In this document: piece by piece, positions 43,680 to 52,358 of the stretch
How positions within the stretch are numbered: position 1 is the first letter of the stretch
Layout: each line of letters opens with the position of its first letter
Source: a virus
Strand: one strand, 5' to 3'
IMG/VR virus record: IMGVR_UViG_3300037464_000010
Span: 1 to 64,000 of that record
Length of the DNA: 64,000 nucleotides
Made by a program: the position numbers and the translations under genes
The notes under the pieces: model-generated
Databases searched by the model: none
Told to the model about the DNA's origin: nothing
What the model saw: the letters and a program-made list of their open reading frames with translations, nothing else

Positions 43680-44957
43680 ATGGCAGATTTTTCTCAACCA
43701 ATTCCTGAAACCAACTACCTTGATGTTCTCACGAGGATTCGTGAAGTCCATACGACACTGGCAAAGATGTTCGATGGAACGGTTGATACCAATATTCCCA
43801 CAGGTGCGCTTAGGTATGACAGTACTAATAGAAGACTGTCAAAGTGGGACGGAGGAGCGTGGGCACCAGTTGCGATTACTGGCCTTGATACCGATTCGGT
43901 CGTTACAGCCTCTATTACCAACAATGCTGTTACTGAGGCTAAATTCCGTGGCACGAACAATGCTTGGCTCAGATGGAGAAACGTCGCCAACAACGCGGAT
44001 ATTAATGTTCTAAACGTAGATAGCTCGAATGATACCAATCTCTACGCGGGCGGCGCTCTTATTAAGTTTGGAGTTGCTGGCATCCTAAAGTGGCAGATAG
44101 GAGCAGGAGCTTTGCTTCCAGCTTTGACTGACACCTTTACTTTGGGAGATGCCACCAGAAGAGTCTACCAAGCTTATGTTCAAGAAATTAAAAACTGTAA
44201 CCTCCTAGAGTCGAATGGTGCAGTGATGAACGTAGGGCCATTTAGTGCCCATGATTTTTCGATTAAAACAAGTAACACCACGCGCTGGACCGTCAATGCT
44301 ACGACCGGAGATCTGAGCCCCGCAGGTGCTTACGACATCGGAAAGTCAACGGCATTGGTCAATACTGTTTTCGCTAAGACCGTTCGAGCAACGGCGGTAG
44401 GTCAGGATCTTGCTCTCCTGGGCGGCGATGACGCCTATCTCTTTTTAGGGTGCGACAACGCCTCCCAGTGGTGCCTTGACTGGGTGAACGCTGGAACACT
44501 AAGACCCCTTGCTGATAACACCGTGAGCCTCGGACTAACGGGCTATAATCTGGCAAATCTTTGGACCAATCGAATCAGGAACAATACAGGAGACTTGTGG
44601 ATCTTACCCGGAGCTGGGCAAACAGCCTTGGGAGCGGCAGGGGTCCTAAAGTTCTCTGTTGACGCTTCCTCTTTTTGGCCAATGGCGACGGGCTTAACCC
44701 TCGGAAGTACCTCTGCCAAGTTTTCAGCCGTATACTCGAACCAGTTTCTGGGTGTGGCAGCTTCCGCTTTCTTCGGAACTGATGATAATCAGGCAGCCAT
44801 TATTCGTCAGAATGGATTAAACCGTATTGAGTGCCTTACCACTGGTTTTATTAACCTAGCGAACCAGACCGTTCAGGGGACAGCCGGAGCGCTTAGCACA
44901 TACTTGAGAATCTTTGTAAATGGTACTTCCTACAAGATCCCGCTTTACCTACCGTAA
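43680..44957 (+). CDS. tail fibre-like protein
   Basis: 425 aa, position, beta-rich Asn/Gly/Thr/Ala composition. Confidence 0.45.
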   Translation: MADFSQPIPETNYLDVLTRIREVHTTLAKMFDGTVDTNIPTGALRYDSTNRRLSKWDGGAWAPVAITGLDTDSVVTASITNNAVTEAKFRGTNNAWLRWRNVANNADINVLNVDSSNDTNLYAGGALIKFGVAGILKWQIGAGALLPALTDTFTLGDATRRVYQAYVQEIKNCNLLESNGAVMNVGPFSAHDFSIKTSNTTRWTVNATTGDLSPAGAYDIGKSTALVNTVFAKTVRATAVGQDLALLGGDDAYLFLGCDNASQWCLDWVNAGTLRPLADNTVSLGLTGYNLANLWTNRIRNNTGDLWILPGAGQTALGAAGVLKFSVDASSFWPMATGLTLGSTSAKFSAVYSNQFLGVAASAFFGTDDNQAAIIRQNGLNRIECLTTGFINLANQTVQGTAGALSTYLRIFVNGTSYKIPLYLP

Positions 44958-44973
44958 TAATTAAAGAGGCAAA

Positions 44974-45144
44974 ATGAAACAGATAGAACATGCAGCCAGA
45001 CGAGCTTTCGAGCTTATTAATGGCATCTCATGTAAAGGAGAGGATGTGGAAAAAGTTGCTGAAGTAAAGAGCATCCTTCAGGCAATTGGTGCTTTTGCGG
45101 TTGAACAAGCTCAATCCGATATGGAAAAGGAGCCCAATGGATAA
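44974..45144 (+). CDS. hypothetical small protein (56 aa, below ORF-track cutoff)
   Basis: Hand translation MKQIEHAARRAFELINGISCKGEDVEKVAEVKSILQAIGAFAVEQAQSDMEKEPNG; AAAGAGG RBS; its stop overlaps the next ATG. Confidence 0.45.
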   Translation: MKQIEHAARRAFELINGISCKGEDVEKVAEVKSILQAIGAFAVEQAQSDMEKEPNG

Positions 45145-45361
45145 ATTTCACGCTCAGCAGTGCATGGATCAAAACATGCCTATTCTTTGTACGGAAAGAG
45201 AATATCATAGAGATATAAGGTCATGGCTCGTGGACCAGCTTGTGCAGTCACCAGATAAGCAGGCTTATGTTCGCGCTCAGCTTGCTTCTTTGGATGCGCA
45301 ATATGGAGACGCCTCTCTGGTACGACCCTTATCGGGTGCAGTAACAGGAGGAGAAACATAG
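45137..45361 (+). CDS. hypothetical protein
   Basis: ORF track 45086..45361 trimmed to the ATG at 45137 (MDKFHAQQ), which overlaps the upstream stop. Confidence 0.45.
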   Translation: MDKFHAQQCMDQNMPILCTEREYHRDIRSWLVDQLVQSPDKQAYVRAQLASLDAQYGDASLVRPLSGAVTGGET

Positions 45362-45404
45362 TAGAGTAAAATATCATTCTTGTATTATTAAGAGGTTAGG
45401 CAGA

Positions 45405-46013
45405 TTGCCAAAGGATTTCAGTCGAAAGATAGTTCCGGCCATAGGAAAAGGCGATAGTATGGGTCAATCAATGTCCTATCCCGAGTTGGAAGGTTTCTTG
45501 AGCGATACCGTAGCTAGGGTTGCAGAACTGCACGAAACACAGGAAGAGCATGGAAAGATGCTATCTAAAATTCCTGATATGAAGTCTCTATTAGAGTCGC
45601 TTGCAATAAGTCAAACTTCCTTAATAAGCTCCCAAAGTTCAATGGCGGAATCAGCTAAGCGAATGGCTGATGTATTTGAGAAGTCTGAAAAGCGTCAGGA
45701 AAATTTAGAGACTGAAGTCAGGCGTGGATACGAAACCGCTGCCGGAAAAGATCAGCTACCTCTGAAGACTCATTATATAACCGTCGCTATGGTGGCGCTT
45801 CCGGCTTTTGCTATTTGCTTTTCGGTTATCGTTTACGTTTTATACATGACGAAAACTGACTTAAATGCGACTCTTACTACAATTCAATTGAACCAACAAA
45901 AAACTCAAGAAATCGTCAGGGAAACGAAGGATCAAGTTCTTAATCAGGCTAGTGAAATCGATACTCAAAACGATAAGGCTGCTACCGAGAAAAACACCTT
46001 AGTAAATGAATGA
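45405..46013 (+). CDS. membrane-anchored coiled-coil protein next to endolysin
   Basis: ORF track (TTG start); single TM segment YITVAMVALPAFAICFSVIVYVLYM; overlaps the lysozyme start. Confidence 0.5.
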   Translation: MPKDFSRKIVPAIGKGDSMGQSMSYPELEGFLSDTVARVAELHETQEEHGKMLSKIPDMKSLLESLAISQTSLISSQSSMAESAKRMADVFEKSEKRQENLETEVRRGYETAAGKDQLPLKTHYITVAMVALPAFAICFSVIVYVLYMTKTDLNATLTTIQLNQQKTQEIVRETKDQVLNQASEIDTQNDKAATEKNTLVNE

Positions 46014-46470
46014 GATCGATTTATTAATTAAAGCGAAGGCTATGCTCCTCGAAGACGAGGGCAAGAGAGAGTTTCCTTATGATGACAAAACCGGAAAGCG
46101 TGTTACTACATTACCTTCAGGCGGAAACCTCACCATTGGGATTGGGAGAAATCTCTCTAGTCGTCCTTTAAGTGAAGACGAAATTGACTGCCTGTTTTTA
46201 ACAGACTTCATTATTTGCGTTAAAACGCTACGTCGTATCTTTCCTAATTTTAATACCTATTCAGAGTCTAGACAGCTCGGACTCATCAATATGCTTTTCA
46301 ATATGGGCGAAGGTAACGCCTTTCGTGGATTTCTTTCTTTCAAAAACACGATTCGCGCTATTCGAAACAATCAATGGAATGAAGCCGTAACACTTGCAAG
46401 TCAAAGTAATTGGGCGCGACACTTACCTCACCGAGCGGCGAAAGTTTTAAAAATGTTAAGAGGCACATGA
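46006..46470 (+). CDS. endolysin, T4-type (GH24) lysozyme
   Basis: ..LLEDEGKREFPYDDKTGKRVT....GNLTIGIGRNL.. carries the E ... D ... T(IG.G) catalytic pattern of GH24 lysozymes. Confidence 0.8.
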   Translation: MNEIDLLIKAKAMLLEDEGKREFPYDDKTGKRVTTLPSGGNLTIGIGRNLSSRPLSEDEIDCLFLTDFIICVKTLRRIFPNFNTYSESRQLGLINMLFNMGEGNAFRGFLSFKNTIRAIRNNQWNEAVTLASQSNWARHLPHRAAKVLKMLRGT

Positions 46471-47576
46471 AAAAACTAATATTTACCTTACTTTTACTTT
46501 TTGCTGCACCTAGTGTAGCACTAGCTCAAGATACGTGGGGGGTTGATACGCTTGCGCTCGCTAGAATGGATGCGAGAATGGTTACTCAAGATACGCCGGA
46601 GGGTTGGTATGTCGGGGCGCTCGAAGGAACGTTCGGAGATCCGTTACCGAATCTTGAAAGAATCGCACGAGAAGGAAAGCTCGGCGGTCACAGAACGCAT
46701 CTTTTTAATTGGACCTGTTATCGAAATCGAAGCTGTGAAAAGGGAGAACCAAAGATTACGGATCTTGCAACTCTTGGAAAGCGAGCTGCAAAATATCAAG
46801 CTCTTCATTCGAGGTATCCCCGTTTTGGATGTTTCCTTTCACCTTGGCTCGAATACGACGAGCGAGACCCCAAAAAAGTAGAAGCGGCTATAAACGTGAT
46901 TCGCACTCACGCACCAAGCTGCACTCCAGTTCTCTCGCCATATAAAGGTGTGACTATTCCAGGCGTCTTAGTTGAGAGGCATGGAAACAAGGCAAAGGCT
47001 GACATCACCTCGAACGATGGTGAGCACCTATTTGATTCCGATTCGAGTGCATTTCGTACGAGCGGACGGAAAATTACTTTCGGGTGGATCCCGCGCTTCA
47101 ATCTTCGCGTTTCAGGTGAAAAGACTTTCACACCACCTTCACGGCGAAAAAACAAGCCGACTCCTGACAACTTTAAACAGGTTGTAGCAGTTTTGCGTCC
47201 TCCTGCTGGAAAGCCATCTCAGAAACCGGCGCAGTGCAAAACTGTTCGGGAAGTAACGAAGCCCAACCTCTATAAACCCAATTCCGAAGACTATGGCACC
47301 CCTGATAAGCGAGGAGACCGACCGCTTCTTATTTGGAATAAGAAAGTAGGATCGAACTTCAATATCCTTGCTCCTAACGGAAAGAAAATCGGGTGCGCAA
47401 AGTATTATGGAACATATGAAGGAGGCGGCTACAGACATTATGTTGGTGACTGTTCCGGCGACTCCGGCGTTTCCCTTATGAGGGAAGCGGGGGGTGAATG
47501 GGTCTATTATCAAGAAGGAAGTTCTTCGAACTGCCTTTTGGTTCAGACGGTTCGGAGAGTGGGCTATTTTCGGTAG
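46467..47576 (+). CDS. secreted protein of unknown function in the lysis cassette
   Basis: ORF track 46410..47576 trimmed to the ATG at 46467 (ATGA overlap with the lysozyme stop). MKKLIFTLLLLFAAPSVALAQD is a signal peptide; 369 aa with multiple Cys. Confidence 0.6.
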   Translation: MKKLIFTLLLLFAAPSVALAQDTWGVDTLALARMDARMVTQDTPEGWYVGALEGTFGDPLPNLERIAREGKLGGHRTHLFNWTCYRNRSCEKGEPKITDLATLGKRAAKYQALHSRYPRFGCFLSPWLEYDERDPKKVEAAINVIRTHAPSCTPVLSPYKGVTIPGVLVERHGNKAKADITSNDGEHLFDSDSSAFRTSGRKITFGWIPRFNLRVSGEKTFTPPSRRKNKPTPDNFKQVVAVLRPPAGKPSQKPAQCKTVREVTKPNLYKPNSEDYGTPDKRGDRPLLIWNKKVGSNFNILAPNGKKIGCAKYYGTYEGGGYRHYVGDCSGDSGVSLMREAGGEWVYYQEGSSSNCLLVQTVRRVGYFR

Positions 47577-47761
47577 TTTCTCGAAACCTTGGGGCAGGAT
47601 ATACATCTAAGTGGGGGGAGCTTTACTGAATGATTCACCTAAATGTTAATTCTACTTATTTTGTTTATCCTGTTTACGGGATTCGGGGACGTTCTTTATC
47701 GTAAGACAAGGGCGCTTATTTCTTTACCAATTAAAATCTTAAACTATCTAAAAGGAAAGTT

Positions 47762-48016
47762 ATGGCAATAACTACTGTCGTCAGCTCATCGGCGCTTCCA
47801 TCGGGAACACCTGTAATCGTTAAGCCAGCTAAGAAATCGCAAGCTAGTATTTGGGGTCATGCGCTCCAAGTGTTGCCGTTCCTAGACCTAGTAGCTATGG
47901 CAGCAGGCGCTCCGGTTGGGGCCGTTACCACTTCTGTAGCTATTGTTGCAGGTGCGATTGGAACGCTTCTAGGTTTCTGGAGTCAAACGCAGAACAAGAA
48001 AACTATTGTTCAATAA
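47762..48016 (+). CDS. two-TM small membrane protein (holin candidate)
   Basis: ORF track; AAGGAAA RBS; two hydrophobic segments; last gene of the rightward block. Confidence 0.4.
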   Translation: MAITTVVSSSALPSGTPVIVKPAKKSQASIWGHALQVLPFLDLVAMAAGAPVGAVTTSVAIVAGAIGTLLGFWSQTQNKKTIVQ

Positions 48017-48048
48017 AAAAAGAGGTAGCCTTTGGGCTACCTCTTTTT
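48017..48048. terminator. bidirectional intrinsic terminator
   Basis: A-run, 10-bp perfect stem AGAGGTAGCC/GGCTACCTCT with a TTTG loop, then a T-run; lies between convergent genes. Confidence 0.75.
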
Positions 48049-48069
48049 GAAAGTTTCAAAGCTTTCTTC

Positions 48070-48222
48070 TTACTTCTTGCCTTTACCGCCACCTACTTTA
48101 CCAGGCATCTTTGCGTTGCCGATCGATCCTTTTCCACCAATTGGATTGGTGCCCGATGGTTTTGCAGTGTCAGGAGTAGTAGTTCCTTTCTTACCTTTAG
48201 ACTTTCCAGTATTTGAAGCCAT
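48070..48222 (-). CDS. small Lys/Gly-rich basic protein (50 aa, below ORF-track cutoff)
   Basis: Hand translation MASNTGKSKGKKGTTTPDTAKPSGTNPIGGKGSIGNAKMPGKVGGGKGKK; GGAG 6 nt upstream of the ATG; followed by the terminator. Confidence 0.5.
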   Translation of the reverse strand: MASNTGKSKGKKGTTTPDTAKPSGTNPIGGKGSIGNAKMPGKVGGGKGKK

Positions 48223-48310
48223 TCTGTCTCCGTTGTTTTGTTTCTTTAAAAGCCGATGATTCGGCGTCTATTCACTATATGGAATGCTTATAGTCCCAAC
48301 AAGATGGTTT

Positions 48311-48823
48311 TTAAGCGAATGTCCTTTCTTCGAATTCGCTCGTCTTCCAGTTCCATCGACAAAAGTTCCATATACCGCTCGAAGATCGAAATTGATCGAA
48401 CACCACTACAAGGCTTCCGAACTTTGCCCCTTGAGCAGCGTTTCCGAACTTCACACGAGGAGTTAAGAAGCTAATACTTGTTGCATGGCGAAAGCATTCT
48501 TCAAAGTACATCGTACTAGTGTCAGCGGGAATTAGCATGACTACAGTCGTCCCTAGTCGACCTTCCATGATGGATTTTCTTACCCATCCAATGATCCCTG
48601 GATTGGTTTTTGTCTGAGCTGAGTATGGTGGGTTGAGCCAGACTGTTTCGCCGTTCCAAGAGTGGAGGAGTCCACTATTTTCCTTGGTGTAGTAGCGGTT
48701 GCATTTCGAGTTTCCGTCTGATGCCGCAGCGTCAAGAGTAAAGTTAAAAGCTCGGTTAAGTTTTTTAAATAAATCATCGGGCGTAAACCGTTCGTCCCCT
48801 ACCATTTCTTCGCGTGTTGCCAC
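48311..48823 (-). CDS. phage Dam-family DNA N6-adenine methyltransferase
   Basis: DERFTPDDLFKKLNRAFNFTLDAAAS..NSKC.RYYT..GLLHSWNGETVWLNPPYS, including the NPPY catalytic motif. Confidence 0.8.
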   Translation of the reverse strand: MATREEMVGDERFTPDDLFKKLNRAFNFTLDAAASDGNSKCNRYYTKENSGLLHSWNGETVWLNPPYSAQTKTNPGIIGWVRKSIMEGRLGTTVVMLIPADTSTMYFEECFRHATSISFLTPRVKFGNAAQGAKFGSLVVVFDQFRSSSGIWNFCRWNWKTSEFEERTFA

Positions 48824-49003
48824 TTAATTGCCTCATTGTTTATACAGTAATATGTCGTTAGAATCCGTAATGTTGGGCGCTTACGGCTCGCGCTTTGCCT
48901 CCGTGAGCTAATAAATCCCCCAACAGAACGAGGTCGTCCCCTCCCCAGGTGGCGGCCTCTTCTTTTGGGGGATTGTAAACAGCTTCGTTAGGTCCTACTC
49001 TTT

Positions 49004-49261
49004 TTATATCAGCCGTTCTTTTTTCCTTGGTTCTTCTGGTTTGTTCGGGGGAGTGGTGCAACCTGACGCACTACTCCCTTTTTTCTTGCGGCACTTAGTT
49101 AGATCCAGAAAGAATTTCTTCTGATCTTCGCTAAGTCGCGCCATTGCACCTTTGAAGATCTCCAAGCATACACGAGCACAGTAGGCATTTAGAACTGGCG
49201 CTTCATGGTAGAGCCTTTCGTGCCGCTTATATTCCATTGCTAGATCATAAAGGCTTGTCAT
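49004..49261 (-). CDS. hypothetical protein
   Basis: ORF track 49004..49309 trimmed to the ATG at 49261 (MTSLYDLAMEY). Confidence 0.45.
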   Translation of the reverse strand: MTSLYDLAMEYKRHERLYHEAPVLNAYCARVCLEIFKGAMARLSEDQKKFFLDLTKCRKKKGSSASGCTTPPNKPEEPRKKERLI

Positions 49262-49424
49262 CGCTACTATCCTCCTTCTTGTACGCCTCAAAGGTGATAT
49301 GAAAATCAACGGTTATAGTCATGGTGTTTAGACAGTATTGGCATTTCTCATCCCATTCTTCATCCCCATCATAATCAATGTGAATTCGCTTCTTGCAATA
49401 GGGACATTTTACTTCACTGCTCAT
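49245..49424 (-). CDS. Zn-ribbon protein (59 aa, below ORF-track cutoff)
   Basis: Hand translation MSSEVKCPYCKKRIHIDYDGDEEWDEKCQYCLNTMTITVDFHITFEAYKKEDSSDDKPL; CxxC...CxxC; ATGA overlap with the upstream stop. Confidence 0.5.
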   Translation of the reverse strand: MSSEVKCPYCKKRIHIDYDGDEEWDEKCQYCLNTMTITVDFHITFEAYKKEDSSDDKPL

Positions 49425-49603
49425 CGCTTACTCTTGGCATCGTTTGCAGCTAAAACAGGCGTAGGTACTGTCTTTATCGAAAGTTCGTGACCCAGGAAAT
49501 TAATTCTAACAAAACTTACTGACACTCCTATCCCAACCAATATTATCGTGATGTGCAACCACTCAATTGTCCGTCTTAGAATTGCTTTGGTTTTGTTGAT
49601 CAT
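49421..49603 (-). CDS. small membrane protein
   Basis: ORF track; one TM segment WLHITIILVGIGVSVSFV. Confidence 0.45.
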   Translation of the reverse strand: MINKTKAILRRTIEWLHITIILVGIGVSVSFVRINFLGHELSIKTVPTPVLAANDAKSKR

Positions 49604-49611
49604 CGTTGCCT

Positions 49612-49857
49612 CTATTTAGTTATTAATTTCACTCGTGGGATCGGATTCGTTAGTTCGATGAGCTTAGAGTCATTCCGATTCATGAAATCGTAGAAAAGAC
49701 TTTGCGCATGTTCCGCAGCCTCTACTTCTAGATCCTGATCAAGAATGGCTTTGTTCAACGAACAATGAAGAGCTTCCGATGAGCGGTAGCCACATTTAAA
49801 CCCGACAGCGATAAGTGAGAGTATTTCTTCTTCCGTCATGGGTGTCATTATAAGCAC
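49612..49857 (-). CDS. hypothetical protein
   Basis: ORF track. Confidence 0.45.
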   Translation of the reverse strand: MLIMTPMTEEEILSLIAVGFKCGYRSSEALHCSLNKAILDQDLEVEAAEHAQSLFYDFMNRNDSKLIELTNPIPRVKLITK

Positions 49858-49884
49858 AGGTTATAATGAAAGGCAAGCTGAAAG

Positions 49885-50127
49885 TTACGAAAAAACGAAA
49901 AAGTTTTCCGAGTCGTACTGTTTCCATTCTGCACCTTCTTGACGGTAGGCGCTCCACAAAGTTTGATTCTTGTGGTGCCAGACAAAGACTCCGAAACAAG
50001 CGGGGCAATGAATAAAGAGCGGCTCGTCTTTGGAGTAAATGTGGTAGGTGGCTTGCTTTTTGCATTCGGGACAAACGAACCTCCGTTTTTCAAGAGGTCC
50101 GTTTGTGAGCTGATCCTCGAATGTCAT
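49885..50127 (-). CDS. Zn-ribbon protein
   Basis: ORF track 49885..50253 trimmed to the ATG at 50127, which removes the overlap with the upstream gene; CPECKK ... CPAC. Confidence 0.45.
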   Translation of the reverse strand: MTFEDQLTNGPLEKRRFVCPECKKQATYHIYSKDEPLFIHCPACFGVFVWHHKNQTLWSAYRQEGAEWKQYDSENFFVFS

Positions 50128-50134
50128 AAGGTAA

Positions 50135-50422
50135 CTACTTGTTGTTCTCAGGATAAAGAGCTTCTCGCGCAATAGCTTTAATAGCTTCTCCCTCGGAGTA
50201 ACTCGTCTCCTTGGTGAGAATGAGCCGTAAGGCTGTAAGATATCTCTGGGCATCTTCCTGTGAAATCTTTATGGGTGTCAGCGAACGAGGCAGTTCTTCA
50301 GTTGCTACATAGTGTTCTGCTGCCACGGTCTCTAAAGGAGCGGCAGAAACGATCATTTCATTTGTTGGCGTACTAGTTTCGACTAGTACTTCTTCTCTTA
50401 CATTAGGGCGTTTGTTGTTCAT
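50135..50422 (-). CDS. hypothetical protein
   Basis: ORF track; ATGA overlap with the helicase stop. Confidence 0.45.
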   Translation of the reverse strand: MNNKRPNVREEVLVETSTPTNEMIVSAAPLETVAAEHYVATEELPRSLTPIKISQEDAQRYLTALRLILTKETSYSEGEAIKAIAREALYPENNK

Positions 50423-52146
50423 ATATTTATTCCAAAAACTTCACGAAATTCATCTTCATCGTCAAAAGGGATATACTCTTCCTTCGCAGGAAGTGGTGGT
50501 TCCTCTGCCGGATCTTTATACACATAGGAGATGATTCTATCGTAATCTCCATCTTTACGGGTAGAGATAGCTTTTACTCCTCGTAACTCTCTTGTCCTTG
50601 AAAGAGCCTCATCGACTGATTTTGGTGCTTCTTTTGCGAGTGTAGGAGCATTCTCAAAAGAAAATTCTCTGTGGTGCTCAACCCACCACTTTACTGCTTT
50701 TTGTCTCGCATATCCCTCGTGCTGAAAGCAGACCCATTCAGAAACTTGCTTACTGTAGAGATTGCCTTGACCACTATTATCTATTTCGTATTTGACACGC
50801 ATAGAGGGCGGCTTCCCCGTTTTCTCGTGACGTACGAAGTTCGTTGTTAAAACCTTGAGGTCTTCTACTGGTATTTGAGTAGAAAGAATCGGGGCGGAAC
50901 TAGCCTGATGATCGTGCGTAGCTTTCATCGGAAACTGATGACCGCAGCGAGGGCAGTCATAAAGGGCAGCAGCTATTGGCTCACGGCAGTCGGGACAGAT
51001 CTTTGTTGGTGCAGCCGATACCTCTCCGGGCGCTCCTGCACGTCCTTTCTTTATTCGAATAGCGTCTACTGGACCGTGACGTTCGATGTTTCCTGCAAAG
51101 TCGAGAACAAGACAATCCTTTTTGCCGGGGCTAATTCGTGAACCGCGACCGACCATTTGAATGTAGAGGCCAGTTGATTGCGTCGGGCGTAAGAGCACTA
51201 GCATATCGATGTTAGGAGCATCGAATCCAGTAGTAAGAACATCGCAATTTACAATGCACTTAAGCTTACCTTCGCGGAAAGCTTTTAGATGTTGATCGCG
51301 GAAAAGAGAAGGAGTGTCACCAATAACAACTTCGGCGCTGTGTCCTCGCTCGTTTAGAGCATCAGCAACGTGCTTTGCATGAGTTACTCCGGCAGCGAAG
51401 ATGAGCCAACTTTTTCTATCTTGCCCGTACTTCTCCATCTCGTTGATTGCAGCATTGGTGAGCGCTTCTTTATCCATTGCGCGTTCGGCATCAGCGGCAA
51501 CAAACTCTCCCCCTCGGACCTTAACACCATCCAAGTTCGCTTGAGTTTGGGGTGCTTTGGATACGAGAGGGGATAAGTACCCTAATTCAATAAGTTTCGT
51601 TATTGAAATATCGTATACAATGTCGGTGAAGATTCCTCCGTCATCAGTGAGTAATCCACTTTTAAGGCGGAATGCGGTAGCAGTAAATCCGATAAGCTTC
51701 AGATTTGGATTGTATTTTAGAAGTTCTTGGATGAGAGTTTGGTACATTCCCTCACCTTCTGGGGGACATAAATGTGCCTCATCTATAACCACCAAAGATT
51801 GATATCCCAGGAGGGCTCCTTTGTTATAGATGCTTTGAATTCCAGCAACAGTGATCTTTCGTCCGAGCTGCCTAGAATTTAGTCCAGCAGAATAGATACC
51901 CATATCGGCATCAGGATAAAGTTTAAAAAGCTTTGCAGCATTTTGCTCAAGTAATTCTTTGCGGTGAGCTAAGAGAAGAATTTTTTGATTGGACCAACGA
52001 GTACAGACTTCTTCACATAGCTTTGCTATGCACAAGCTCTTGCCCCCACCCGTCGGGATCGTTATGAGAACATTACCTTTCCCGCCATTTTGGTAATACG
52101 CGAAGATCGAATCAATTGCCTCTTGTTGATACTCTCTTAGCTTCAT
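50419..52146 (-). CDS. superfamily 2 DEAD/DEAH-box helicase with C-terminal Zn ribbon
   Basis: YQQEAI, PTGGGKS (motif I), VIDEAH (motif II), FTAT (motif III), QMVGRGSR (motif VI), then CPDC...CPRC. Confidence 0.85.
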   Translation of the reverse strand: MKLREYQQEAIDSIFAYYQNGGKGNVLITIPTGGGKSLCIAKLCEEVCTRWSNQKILLLAHRKELLEQNAAKLFKLYPDADMGIYSAGLNSRQLGRKITVAGIQSIYNKGALLGYQSLVVIDEAHLCPPEGEGMYQTLIQELLKYNPNLKLIGFTATAFRLKSGLLTDDGGIFTDIVYDISITKLIELGYLSPLVSKAPQTQANLDGVKVRGGEFVAADAERAMDKEALTNAAINEMEKYGQDRKSWLIFAAGVTHAKHVADALNERGHSAEVVIGDTPSLFRDQHLKAFREGKLKCIVNCDVLTTGFDAPNIDMLVLLRPTQSTGLYIQMVGRGSRISPGKKDCLVLDFAGNIERHGPVDAIRIKKGRAGAPGEVSAAPTKICPDCREPIAAALYDCPRCGHQFPMKATHDHQASSAPILSTQIPVEDLKVLTTNFVRHEKTGKPPSMRVKYEIDNSGQGNLYSKQVSEWVCFQHEGYARQKAVKWWVEHHREFSFENAPTLAKEAPKSVDEALSRTRELRGVKAISTRKDGDYDRIISYVYKDPAEEPPLPAKEEYIPFDDEDEFREVFGINI

Positions 52147-52358
52147 TAGTCCTTTTTTAGTTCAACTTGCTTTCCGCACTTCGCACAAAAATATGCTTTA
52201 ATCCATTTGCGCTTTAGCAAACTATTATCGTCCAAGATCTCATCACACTCGATTTCAGCTTGGCAGCACGACGAGGCTTGATCGACCAGGCCGTACACCC
52301 CCTTGGGAGATGTGTCCCCCTTCGTAGTTTTTAATTTCGTTACCATCTGGGCTCTCAT
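52146..52358 (-). CDS. Zn-ribbon protein
   Basis: ORF track; CC..E.EC ... CAKC; overlaps the 3' end of the nuclease ORF by 104 nt in another frame. Confidence 0.4.
   Translation of the reverse strand: MRAQMVTKLKTTKGDTSPKGVYGLVDQASSCCQAEIECDEILDDNSLLKRKWIKAYFCAKCGKQVELKKD

Noticed and set aside
47139-47606. A 155-aa minus-strand ORF antisense to the secreted protein gene
   Set aside because: It is nested antisense in a plus-strand gene that has a signal peptide and start-stop coupling. It lacks supporting signals of its own.
47851-48474. Plus-strand ORFs 47851..48216, 48032..48259, 48256..48474 and 48284..48466
   Set aside because: They run through the strong bidirectional terminator or lie antisense to the Dam MTase gene and the small basic ORF. 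The minus-strand genes have motifs and RBS support; these do not.
48858-49061. Track ORF 48858..49061 (-) in the gap upstream of the Dam MTase gene
   Set aside because: Its only start overlaps the preceding gene by 58 nt, and I see no RBS or motif. It is possibly real but unsupported.
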